From: Chloroflexota bacterium
Lineage (GTDB): Bacteria; Chloroflexota; Anaerolineae; DUEN01
Assembly: GCA_024277095.1 (NCBI GenBank)
Contig: JAJRVX010000314.1
Span: 1-24,000, forward strand
DNA length: 24,000 bases
Reading direction: 5' to 3'
Of this stretch, positions 7,382 through 14,907 are shown piece by piece (within the stretch, counting starts at the first letter, position 1; each line of letters starts with the position of its first letter). The position numbers were made by a program, and so were the translations under genes. The notes beneath the pieces are model-generated. The model did not search any database. It was not told the origin of the DNA and saw only the letters and a program-made list of their open reading frames with translations.

Positions 7382-10300
7382 TCATCTTTCCGCCGTTTTG
7401 CCGGATGGGTCAAGCTCCTGCACCTGCCCCTGGGGATCGATGCGAAAGCGGCGCACGTACTCGGCGGGCAGCTCGAACGCGAATCGGGAGGGCAGGCGAA
7501 CGAAGCCATCGCCGCGATCGCGTACAGAGCAGAGGAACAGTCGCTCTCGCGCCCGGGTCATACCCACGTAGAACACGCGACGCTCCTCGGCCAGCGCCTC
7601 CTCCTCCTCCATGGTCGTCCACAGAGGCAGATTCTCCTCCTCCACACCGACGATGATGACCACCGGGAACTCCGTTCCCTTGGCGTTGTGAAGGGTCATC
7701 ATCGTCACCCGGTCCCCTTCCGTCCCCGTGCCCTCGACGTCCAGGCTGGTGACCAGGGCCTGATGGTCCAGGAAGGCATCCAGCGAGAGATCCCGGCTGA
7801 AGCGTGCGAAGCTCGCGAGGTAGGCCATGAAGTTCTCGCGCATGGCGCTCCAGGCCTCATCTTCGGCCATGGGCGGGGGCGGTACGGCCATCAGGCGCCG
7901 CGCGAGCTCATCCAGTCGAGCGCGCTCCCCCGCCGGCAGTTGCGCCACGATGTGTTCCTCCAGCGGGGGCGCGAGCTCTCGCGTGCGCAATGCGCCGTGC
8001 CATAACGCCCGGTTCTCGTCCTCCAGATCGACCTCGGCGTCCAACAGGCCCAACCCCACCCACGGGAGCATCTCCGGCAGGGCATTCAGCGCCAGCTGTC
8101 GCCGGTTCTCCTCAAGCAAGGCGAGCAGGAGCATCTGTGTCTGCTGGACATCCTGGGCCGCGCGATGCTCAACCGCCTCGCCCAGCCTCAGCCTGCGTAG
8201 GAGGTGTTCCAGGCTGTAGCTGTGTTCATCGGGCAGCAGGCGCTGGGCCAGCGACAGGGTGTCCAGCGCCGGGTTGCGAAAGGAGCGTCCCAATAGCCGG
8301 GCGGCCTCCCGATCGACGAACCGGTTGTCAAACGCGATGATGTTGTGCCCGGCCACCGTGGACTCTCCCACATACGCCAGGAATCTCGGCAACACGACCT
8401 CGATGGGATCCGCGTCCTTCACATCGGCCCAGGAGATGCCGTGCACCTTCGTCGCCGCCGCCGGGATGGAGCCCCGGGCGGGGCGTACCAGGGAATAGAA
8501 TGGTGGGGCCGCTTCTCGTCGGTGTTCCATGACTTGGGCCCCGATCTCCACGATCTCATCCCGACGGGCATTCGTACCCGTAGTCTCCAGATCATACACC
8601 ACGAACCGGCCGTCGGCGAGGGTCTCATAGGTCGCCAGGATATCCTGTGCCAGCCTCCAGGCGATGGCGGCGAGGGGCTGGCCCACTGCGCGCTGGGGCG
8701 GGACGTGCACGGTCAGCGCCGGCTCCCCCTCGGTGACGAGGTTCAGTTGCGGGCTGTCCAGCGACGCGTCCAATTGGGCGGCGACGGGGTAGGCCAGATA
8801 GTCCCGCAGGGCGCGGCACAGGATGGCTGCCGCGCACGCACCGTCGATCGTGGGGGGAGCGTAGACGGTGAAGGGTACACGGCGATCCAGCCAATCGCGA
8901 ATCCGGGCCACAGCGTCGGGGCGGGCGGAGAACTCGGCCCAGTCGAGCAGCCGCCGCCACTCTTCGGGGTCAAAAGGCCTGCGGCGGACCGCCAGGGTAT
9001 CCAGCAGCCGTTCCACGATCACGGTGACCGGCTGATGAGCGACCGGACGCAGTTCCTCCTCGAAGAGTTGGAGGAAGGAGCGTAAGGCCGCCCGGGTCAG
9101 CGGGCTGAGTTCAGGGAAACGATCGCTGGAACGGACCAGCTCTGCTAGGCTGATCTGATGACGGTGCGCGAGCCGCTCTAGCTGCATGATGGTCAGTTCG
9201 TCCACCAGCGTTCGCGGGAAGTTGAGGGCGGCGATCACCTCCTGGTCCGGCGCGGAGGCCAGTGAGCGCAATAGATGTAGATAGCGGATCACCTCGCGCA
9301 CCAGGGGGCGCCGGAAGAAGTGATCTTTTTGCACGCGGTGTACCGGGATGCCGTGCTGGACCAGGTAGCCCTCCAGCGGGTCGGCCAGCCGGTGGGTGCG
9401 GTACAGGATCGCGATGTCGCCATACCGATAGCCCCGCTCCTCGTGCAGCCGGCGGATCAGGGCGACCAGCCAGGCTTGTTCCTGTTGAGCTGTGGCGAAA
9501 ATGTAATGGTAGATGGGATCGCCGCGCGGGTGAACGGTGCGAAGGTAGGTCCGTCGCTTGGGGTCTCGCCAGGGAGGTGCCTGGCCGCGGGCGATCAGCC
9601 ACTGGGCGGCGTAGAGGATTGTCTGAGTGGAACGGTAGCTCTGCTCGAGCACGATCACGCGCGGGCGGTAGCGGCGCTGGAACCGATCGATCAGCGATGG
9701 CTGAGCCCCCCGCCAGCCGTAGATGGACTGGTCGCCGTCGGCGACGACGGTGATATCGCTTCCCGGGGAGGCCAGCAGGGTCAGCAGATGGTATTGGGCC
9801 AGGTTGATATCCTGGTACTCGTCCACTAGCACATGGGGCAATTGCGCCTGTACCTGGCGACGGATATCTGCCCGGCCCGCCAGCAATTGCACGGCGTAAT
9901 AGATCAGATCATCGAAGTCGAGGGCCTGGTGTTTTTGAAGCCAATCCTGATAGGCGCGCGCGACGTCTGCGTAGATGATCTCCATCTCCTCCCGGGCCGG
10001 AGAGCGTGCTGGATCCTGCATGGCGCCCTTTCTGCGGCTGATGTAATCCTGCAAGGCGTGGATCGGGTATAGCTCCGGGCTGAGGTCCAGCTCTCGCAGT
10101 GCATCCCGCAACGCCTGATGCTGCATCTCCTCGTCGGCGACGATGAAATCGGCAGGCAGATCGATGGCCTTGCCGTGCTCGCGCAGGAGACGGAGGCCGA
10201 CGGCGTGGAAGGTGTGAAGCCAGATGTCCTCGCCGGATAGGCCTGCCACCTGTTCAAGGCGTGCACGCATCTCCTCGGCAGCCCGGTTCGTGAAGGTGAC

Positions 10301-10501
10301 GGCCAGGATGCGGTCGGGCGGGACGCCTCGCTGAGTGATGAGGTAGATCGCTCGATAGGTGATGACGCGCGTCTTGCCGCTGCCGGGGCCGGCGATGACG
10401 AGCAAAGGCCCTGCCGGCGCTGTTACCGCCTCCCGTTGACGTGGGTTCAGGGCAGAAGCTAGATCTTCCCAGCTTCGCTCCAGTCCTTCGGTCATCGCCA
10501 T
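7382..10501 (-). CDS. UvrD/PcrA-family SF1 DNA helicase with a nested DnaQ-like DEDDh 3'-5' exonuclease domain
   Basis: 1039 aa. Helicase motifs: Q (LNPRQREAV), I (AGPGSGKT), Ia (AVTFTNRAA), II (VLVDEYQD), III (VVADGDQSIYGWRGA), IV (LEQSYRST, about aa 285), V (TLHNAKGTEFPVV, about aa 936) and VI (VFYVGMTRARERL). Between IV and V are ExoI FVVYDLETTG (about aa 633), ExoII GHNIIAFDNRF (about aa 719) and ExoIII HRAAQDV (about aa 779). Confidence 0.9.
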   Translation of the reverse strand: MAMTEGLERSWEDLASALNPRQREAVTAPAGPLLVIAGPGSGKTRVITYRAIYLITQRGVPPDRILAVTFTNRAAEEMRARLEQVAGLSGEDIWLHTFHAVGLRLLREHGKAIDLPADFIVADEEMQHQALRDALRELDLSPELYPIHALQDYISRRKGAMQDPARSPAREEMEIIYADVARAYQDWLQKHQALDFDDLIYYAVQLLAGRADIRRQVQAQLPHVLVDEYQDINLAQYHLLTLLASPGSDITVVADGDQSIYGWRGAQPSLIDRFQRRYRPRVIVLEQSYRSTQTILYAAQWLIARGQAPPWRDPKRRTYLRTVHPRGDPIYHYIFATAQQEQAWLVALIRRLHEERGYRYGDIAILYRTHRLADPLEGYLVQHGIPVHRVQKDHFFRRPLVREVIRYLHLLRSLASAPDQEVIAALNFPRTLVDELTIMQLERLAHRHQISLAELVRSSDRFPELSPLTRAALRSFLQLFEEELRPVAHQPVTVIVERLLDTLAVRRRPFDPEEWRRLLDWAEFSARPDAVARIRDWLDRRVPFTVYAPPTIDGACAAAILCRALRDYLAYPVAAQLDASLDSPQLNLVTEGEPALTVHVPPQRAVGQPLAAIAWRLAQDILATYETLADGRFVVYDLETTGTNARRDEIVEIGAQVMEHRREAAPPFYSLVRPARGSIPAAATKVHGISWADVKDADPIEVVLPRFLAYVGESTVAGHNIIAFDNRFVDREAARLLGRSFRNPALDTLSLAQRLLPDEHSYSLEHLLRRLRLGEAVEHRAAQDVQQTQMLLLALLEENRRQLALNALPEMLPWVGLGLLDAEVDLEDENRALWHGALRTRELAPPLEEHIVAQLPAGERARLDELARRLMAVPPPPMAEDEAWSAMRENFMAYLASFARFSRDLSLDAFLDHQALVTSLDVEGTGTEGDRVTMMTLHNAKGTEFPVVIIVGVEEENLPLWTTMEEEEALAEERRVFYVGMTRARERLFLCSVRDRGDGFVRLPSRFAFELPAEYVRRFRIDPQGQVQELDPSGKTAER

Positions 10502-10560
10502 CCTAGCATATGCGGGGAAAGCCCGCCGACGAGTTCAGGGAAATCCTCGCGATGGGCCAA

Positions 10561-10594
10561 GTAAAAAGGGGCCGCTTGGAGATCGCGGCCCCTT
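10561..10594 (-). terminator. Intrinsic terminator after the dksA/traR-like gene
   Basis: The minus strand reads GGGGCCGC-(9-nt loop)-GCGGCCCC followed by TTTTTAC. Stem arms are at 10585-10592 and 10568-10575, and the T-tract is at 10563-10567. Confidence 0.6.
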
Positions 10595-10616
10595 GGGAGT
10601 GCCTGATTGGTTGGGA

Positions 10617-10946
10617 TCATCGTTTGGAAGCCGCGCAGTTGACGCACAGCTTGGTGTCGGGCAGGATCTTCAACCGCTCCGGGTCGATGGGCTGACCACA
10701 CACCTCGCAGATCCCGTAACGTCCTGCCCGCGCCTTTTCCAGCGCCTCTTCCAGGGAAGCGATCTTCTCCTGAAGGCGCTCACGCTCGGCCAGGTTCATC
10801 TCCCATTCGTAGATCATCGCGTTACCCTGGCCCAAGCCGAAGTCAGGGCGCTCTGCCAGCTGTTCTTCGACGGCTGCCAGCTTCTCCCTGGCCTCGGCCA
10901 ACTCTTGCTCCAGACGGGCGACTTCAGCCTGCGTTGTTGTGGTCAC
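10617..10946 (-). CDS. TraR/DksA-family C4 zinc-finger protein with an N-terminal coiled coil
   Basis: The C-terminus CEVCGQPIDPERLKILPDTKLCVNCA is a CxxC-x17-CxxC zinc finger, and the N-terminus looks like a heptad-like coiled coil. I chose the GTG at 10946 because AAGGAGG lies 5 nt upstream. The longer tracked form starts at a TTG (11054) with no SD. Confidence 0.75.
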   Translation of the reverse strand: MTTTTQAEVARLEQELAEAREKLAAVEEQLAERPDFGLGQGNAMIYEWEMNLAERERLQEKIASLEEALEKARAGRYGICEVCGQPIDPERLKILPDTKLCVNCAASKR

Positions 10947-11104
10947 CCTACCCTCCTTTGGCTCATACCACCGGGCCGCCGCGTGGAAAGGGAACGACAA
11001 ACGCCGGGGCCCACCGCCATTCCTCAAAGTCGAAGAGGAAATTATGCGCGCCAATACGCAACCGGCCTGGTCCGCTCTTTCCGAATTGGGGTACGAACCA
11101 GATA

Positions 11105-11344
11105 TCAGCCGGTTCGGTTGGGAGTCTTAAAGCGGAAGGTGATCCGTCCCCGGGTGAGGTCATACGGGGATAGCTCTACCCGCACCCGGTCGCCTAACAG
11201 AACCCGGATGTAATGCCTTCGCATCTTGCCCGACAGGTAGGCCAATACCTCATGGCCATTGTCGAGCTCAACGCGGAAGGTGGCGTTAGGCAGTGCTTCG
11301 ACGACTGTCCCTTCGACTGAAATCTTTTCTTCCGTTTTCGCCAT
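11105..11344 (-). CDS. infA: Translation initiation factor IF-1
   Basis: [73 protein letters not shown] is an unmistakable IF-1 S1/OB-fold sequence. It has a 6-aa C-terminal extension (TPNRTG). Confidence 0.95.
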   Translation of the reverse strand: MAKTEEKISVEGTVVEALPNATFRVELDNGHEVLAYLSGKMRRHYIRVLLGDRVRVELSPYDLTRGRITFRFKTPNRTG

Positions 11345-11427
11345 CGCGCTTCTTTCCTCTATTCATGAAACATGGTGTGGGGCACGCCGCTGCCCTGGGA
11401 ATCAGGGCGGCGACGCCCCCCGAATCA

Positions 11428-11637
11428 TCATCTTCTTGCTTCTCGCTCTGCACGCTTGCGAGCTGCCCGACGAGCCTTGCGGATGGCTTTCTTGCGTTTC
11501 AGACGCCGAAGCTCGCTCTTCGGTGTGAACCAGCGCTTCTTGCGCACGGTGCTGAGGATCCGCTCCTCAGTCACCGCTTTGCGGAACCTTTTCAGGAGAC
11601 TCTCGGGAGATTCCCCTGGTCGCAGTTCGACGGTAAT
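11428..11637 (-). CDS. rpsU: 30S ribosomal protein bS21, apparent AUU start codon (absent from the ORF track)
   Basis: Hand translation of the minus strand gives (I/M)TVELRPGESPESLLKRFRKAVTEERILSTVRKKRWFTPKSELRRLKRKKAIRKARRAARKRAEREARR, then TGA at 11430-11428. This is 69 codons and typical of S21. An in-frame TGA at 11646-11644 leaves only GTA, GCC and ATT before the conserved N-terminus. GGGAGGTGA (11652-11644) precedes the ATT at 11637. Confidence 0.85.
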   Translation of the reverse strand: MTVELRPGESPESLLKRFRKAVTEERILSTVRKKRWFTPKSELRRLKRKKAIRKARRAARKRAEREARR

Positions 11638-11698
11638 GGCTACTCACCTCCCTCTATATTGAGATCGTTTCGCGTAAGGGGATGACGCCCTCCTATGG

Positions 11699-11736
11699 CA
11701 ACAAAAACCTCGGTGCGCTATCCGCTTTCACCGAGG
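11699..11736 (-). terminator. Intrinsic terminator (possible attenuator) 62 nt upstream of rpsU
   Basis: The minus strand reads CCTCGGTG (11736-11729), a 13-nt loop, CACCGAGG (11715-11708), then TTTTTGTTG (11707-11699). Confidence 0.6.
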
Positions 11737-11891
11737 CTTATGGGCGTCTCATGGGCTCCGGTCCAGACCCATTCGCGTGCCGCATGCTCCAGTTCCCGGA
11801 AAGCTCATACCTCCGTCTCTGTCACATGGGCGCCCCCCACGCCGCAGCCTCCTACATTGGCTTGGCCGGTGATTCCTCACCAGCCATCAAC
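11700..11891 (-). promoter_or_regulatory. Candidate structured 5' leader or cis-regulatory RNA (about 190 nt) preceding rpsU-infA
   Basis: It lies between a consensus promoter and the terminator and has no credible ORF. A 9-bp hairpin is capped by a GGAA tetraloop (11885-11864). Hand-found long-range pairings are GAGGCU (11851-11846)/AGCCUC (11738-11733), GGGCG (11835-11831)/CGCCC (11746-11742) and CAUG (11828-11825)/CAUG (11753-11750). The AGCCUC strand overlaps the terminator's 5' arm. Confidence 0.45.
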
Positions 11892-11895
11892 GTGT

Positions 11896-11924
11896 ATTAT
11901 ACCAAACGACCGTTGCGGTGTCAA
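11896..11924 (-). promoter_or_regulatory. Consensus sigma-70/SigA-type promoter (TTGACA-17 nt-TATAAT) with an A/T-rich upstream tract
   Basis: On the minus strand, TTGACA is at 11924-11919, the spacer CCGCAACGGTCGTTTGG is exactly 17 nt, and TATAAT is at 11901-11896. The upstream tract ACATAACATAAAAAGTTATCGC (about 11930-11951) looks like an UP element. Confidence 0.65.
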
Positions 11925-11981
11925 GCAGAAGCGATAACTTTTTATGTTATGTATAGCCGTGCGTTTTTGTTATCCCGTGCG

Positions 11982-13625
11982 TTATGTCAACTTGCTACCT
12001 TGATCCTCTTCCCGATCGCGCTGCCGCAACGCAGCCTTCACGCGTCGCCATATCTCCTGTACCCGCCTGGCATCTTCCGGCTGAAGCGGATGCGCGCTGT
12101 AACGGGCATCGACGAAGGCCTCCGTCAGCGATGTCAGATCCTGTTCGATCTCGGGCCAGTGAGCCGTCAGATCGACCTCATACTCATGAGGGGTCTCAGA
12201 GGGTTGTCGGGGAACCCCCCGATCGGAGGCCCGCCGCACAGTGGAGAGATAGAAATAGCGCACCCGCTCTCGCGGCCCCAGCTTGCGCAGGCTTAGGAAA
12301 CGCCAACGGGGCACCCCCCCACCACCTGCCGATGCCAGCGTGAGGGCGATCATGGAGCGAACGCGCTGGCCGAGCCGCCGCGTTCGCCCGCGCCAGGTTT
12401 GCCACCAGGCGCGCCACCAGTGCCACAGGCGGCGCAGCCATCGGCTGTCCAGGCGAATGCCCCGCCCGCCCAGATAGGCGATCACCGAATAGCCGATGAT
12501 GCCGGCCATGAGCAGCCAGACCAGGGCGCCGCCGAGCCAGTCGGGCAGATGCAGGCTGCTGGTGGCGATATCCGGGGGCTCTGGAGGGGGCCGCAGGGCC
12601 TCGGCCGCCGGGGCCTGTTCGCTTCCGAGCCCCAGCAATCCCAGAAGCCACGCGAATAGGGCGAAGAAGAGCAGGAGAGCGGCGTACGAGATCTGCATCA
12701 TGAAGTTGATCACCGCCGCCAGGATGCGTGCCATCGTGAAGGAGGACCCAAACGGCAGCAGCGCGGCCAGCAACCCGACAAGGGCCAGCATGCCGATGCC
12801 CAGCCTCCCCCAGCGCCGCACGAGCTCGGGGTCCGTGTCCGTTCCCTCGTACCGCCAGCGGGCTCGCAGCACGGCCAAGCGTCCCTGGCTGATCAGCAGG
12901 AGGCCGCCCAGGAAGTAGATGACCAGGGCGCCCTGGAGCATCGGTGTGATCCCCAGGTGTCGGATGCCGATCAGCTGTCCGACGGCTGGCTTTAGCTCTA
13001 CCCGTGACAGCCCCGCGCACAAGGCCAGGAGCACGCCTCCCCACAGCCAGTACGTGCTGAACTCCCTCAACAGCATGGAGCGCGACGGATGTCGCGCGCG
13101 TATCTCGTTCCAATCCAGGTCACGCGCGGACAGCGGCCTGACCACCAGTTCGTCCGGCTTCAGGGACATGCGCTCGAGTGCGCCCATCATCGCGGTGCTC
13201 TGTCCCCAGACGATCAGCGTCAAGATCCCGAGGAAGAACGACGTGCCATCGAAGAAGCTCAGCGGGGAGCGCAGCCATTGCGAGAGCAGCGTGGCGGTTG
13301 GCCATTGTCCCTTGACGTAGAAGGCGAGGAGCCGGGCCGCGATGAGTAGAAGGCAGATCTCGCCGAATCGAAACCGGAAGGTGCGTCGATCGCGCCGCTT
13401 CGACGCGGCCAGCCACAGCGTGGTGTATACTGCCTCCAGAGCGACCAGCGAGAGGAACGGGAGCACGGCCCCGCGTCCCCACCCGGGGATCGCCGCCTGC
13501 GCCATGGCGATGAACCCGATGGCCAGGCATGTGGCCAGCAGGGCAACCATGAGTGGCCGGAGGATCCCTCGCAGCCACAGGCTATCCTGGGACATAAGGC
13601 TTTGTTCCACAGGGGCCTCGGCCAT
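11982..13625 (-). CDS. Polytopic membrane protein with a C-terminal DUF4129-like domain
   Basis: 547 aa. The first 400 or so residues contain many hydrophobic segments. The C-terminal soluble part (PRERVRYFYLSTVRRASDRGVPRQPSETPHEYEVDL...AFVDARYSAHPLQPEDA) resembles DUF4129. The SD GGGGAGGGGG lies 2 nt upstream of the ATG (GGAGG core about 5 nt upstream), inside the end of the upstream gene. Confidence 0.7.
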   Translation of the reverse strand: MAEAPVEQSLMSQDSLWLRGILRPLMVALLATCLAIGFIAMAQAAIPGWGRGAVLPFLSLVALEAVYTTLWLAASKRRDRRTFRFRFGEICLLLIAARLLAFYVKGQWPTATLLSQWLRSPLSFFDGTSFFLGILTLIVWGQSTAMMGALERMSLKPDELVVRPLSARDLDWNEIRARHPSRSMLLREFSTYWLWGGVLLALCAGLSRVELKPAVGQLIGIRHLGITPMLQGALVIYFLGGLLLISQGRLAVLRARWRYEGTDTDPELVRRWGRLGIGMLALVGLLAALLPFGSSFTMARILAAVINFMMQISYAALLLFFALFAWLLGLLGLGSEQAPAAEALRPPPEPPDIATSSLHLPDWLGGALVWLLMAGIIGYSVIAYLGGRGIRLDSRWLRRLWHWWRAWWQTWRGRTRRLGQRVRSMIALTLASAGGGGVPRWRFLSLRKLGPRERVRYFYLSTVRRASDRGVPRQPSETPHEYEVDLTAHWPEIEQDLTSLTEAFVDARYSAHPLQPEDARRVQEIWRRVKAALRQRDREEDQGSKLT

Positions 13626-13636
13626 ATCCCCCTCCC

Positions 13637-14851
13637 CTATCGGATGCGCTCACCCGCCCCGGCCGGCGAGCGCCAGAGATCGAGATCTCGCTCATAGGCG
13701 ACCAGATATGCCGGGAATCCAAGATGGTGGGCCCGCTGTCGTGTCTTTTTGAATTGAAGGCTGGGCTCCACCACGATGAGGATGGCGTTCAGGCCGGCCC
13801 GTCGCAGCCGATGAAGGGCCTGGCAGGTCGCCTCATCCCCCTTGGGCGTGATGGCGATCACCGTCGTGCCCCATCCGAGGTCCAGGGTGGCCTCGCGCAT
13901 CCACGCGGCGAAGGGCGGCCGCTCCTCGCGGGCCAGCTCGATGCGGGCCAGCACCTCCAATACCTTGATCAGGTTTCCTCGCCCGGAGCGAGGCGGGAGC
14001 CCCGCTGCCCATCCTCGTCCGCTGACGGGGTCATGTCCGTTGGTGAACAGTCCCACCGGCTGGCGTTGCTCCGCCAGATGGTGGGCGATGGAGGCAGCCA
14101 CGACGATGGCCCACTCGCTGGCGTGGATGGCCTGTCGCTGCTCGTACTCCGCCGCGTTCAGGTTTAGCAGGAGGGCCGTTTCCAGCGAGATGGCGGGGTC
14201 CAGCTTGGTCACCAGGAGCCCCCCCGCGTGGGCGCTCGCCTTCCAGTGGATACGGTGAAGCGGATCTCCCGTCTCATAGTCGCGCAACCCGCTCACGCGC
14301 ACGGGGTCCTCGAACAGGCGCTGGCGGGTTCGTATTGCTCCAAACGGCAGTTGAGAGGAGATGCCCAGCTGCGTCAGGGGGACGATGCGCGGATAGACGG
14401 TGATGTGATCCTCTTCCGGCTCCTGGACCTGCGCCTCAGCGAACCCGAAGAGATCGCCGGTGCGAAAGCTGGCCGGCCCCAGCGCGTAGTAGCCCCGCTG
14501 CCGGCAGTCTAACGTGTATGTGATGGTGGCGTGGCCATGTGCGGGCAGCGTGACCACTCGACGCACGAAGTTCGGTGAGTGCAACATCAGGGGGACCGAT
14601 TCGCTGACGCGCAGCCACGGGACGGGCAGCCAGCTTCGGTTCTCGATGCGAAGCTCGACCCGCACCTGATCTCCCAGGAATGCGTGGTCCGCGTACGCGC
14701 GTCGGATCTCCAGCCGGCTTGCCACGCGCCTCACCCACCACCGGGCGGCGATCCAGGTCCCGAAAAGGACATATATAATGTAAAAGATGAACTCAATGCG
14801 TAGCAGGATGAAGAGGGCGAAGAGCAGGATGATGAGAAACGGGATATCCAT
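13637..14851 (-). CDS. DUF58 family protein (vWA-like partner of MoxR ATPases) with an N-terminal membrane anchor
   Basis: 404 aa with the DUF58 hallmark LRDYETGDPLHRIHWKASAH. The N-terminus is hydrophobic (MDIPFLIILLFALFILLRIEFIFYIIYVLFGTWIAARWW). SD AGGGAG lies 7 nt upstream. Confidence 0.85.
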   Translation of the reverse strand: MDIPFLIILLFALFILLRIEFIFYIIYVLFGTWIAARWWVRRVASRLEIRRAYADHAFLGDQVRVELRIENRSWLPVPWLRVSESVPLMLHSPNFVRRVVTLPAHGHATITYTLDCRQRGYYALGPASFRTGDLFGFAEAQVQEPEEDHITVYPRIVPLTQLGISSQLPFGAIRTRQRLFEDPVRVSGLRDYETGDPLHRIHWKASAHAGGLLVTKLDPAISLETALLLNLNAAEYEQRQAIHASEWAIVVAASIAHHLAEQRQPVGLFTNGHDPVSGRGWAAGLPPRSGRGNLIKVLEVLARIELAREERPPFAAWMREATLDLGWGTTVIAITPKGDEATCQALHRLRRAGLNAILIVVEPSLQFKKTRQRAHHLGFPAYLVAYERDLDLWRSPAGAGERIR

Positions 14852-14907
14852 TCACGGGCTCCCTGGCCCCAAGGTGCACGTTTCGGTATCTCCTCGGCGG
14901 GCGGTGA

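Noticed and set aside
10947-11054. Longer form of the DksA/TraR-like gene starting at the TTG at 11054.
   Set aside because: There is no SD and the extra residues (ARIISSSTLRNGGGPRRLSFPFHAAARWYEPKEG) do not look protein-like. The GTG at 10946 has a perfect AAGGAGG 5 nt upstream and gives a family-typical length.
11749-11808. 19-codon uORF in the rpsU leader (minus strand ATG at 11808, MSFPGTGACGTRMGLDRSP, TGA at 11751-11749), considered as a possible leader peptide.
   Set aside because: The GGAGG box ends only 1 nt before the ATG, which is too close for normal SD spacing. The peptide has no regulatory-codon bias I can interpret. It cannot be fully excluded without Ribo-seq.
11700-11891. Identity of the leader as SRP (4.5S) RNA, tmRNA, RNase P RNA or a T-box.
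   Set aside because: The length (about 190 nt) is wrong for RNase P and tmRNA. The GGAA-capped hairpin lacks the conserved SRP domain IV flanks (GGAAGCAG-type). There is no T-box specifier or T-box sequence, and the downstream genes are not aaRS genes. A 6S-like RNA could not be excluded by eye and is left open in the finding.
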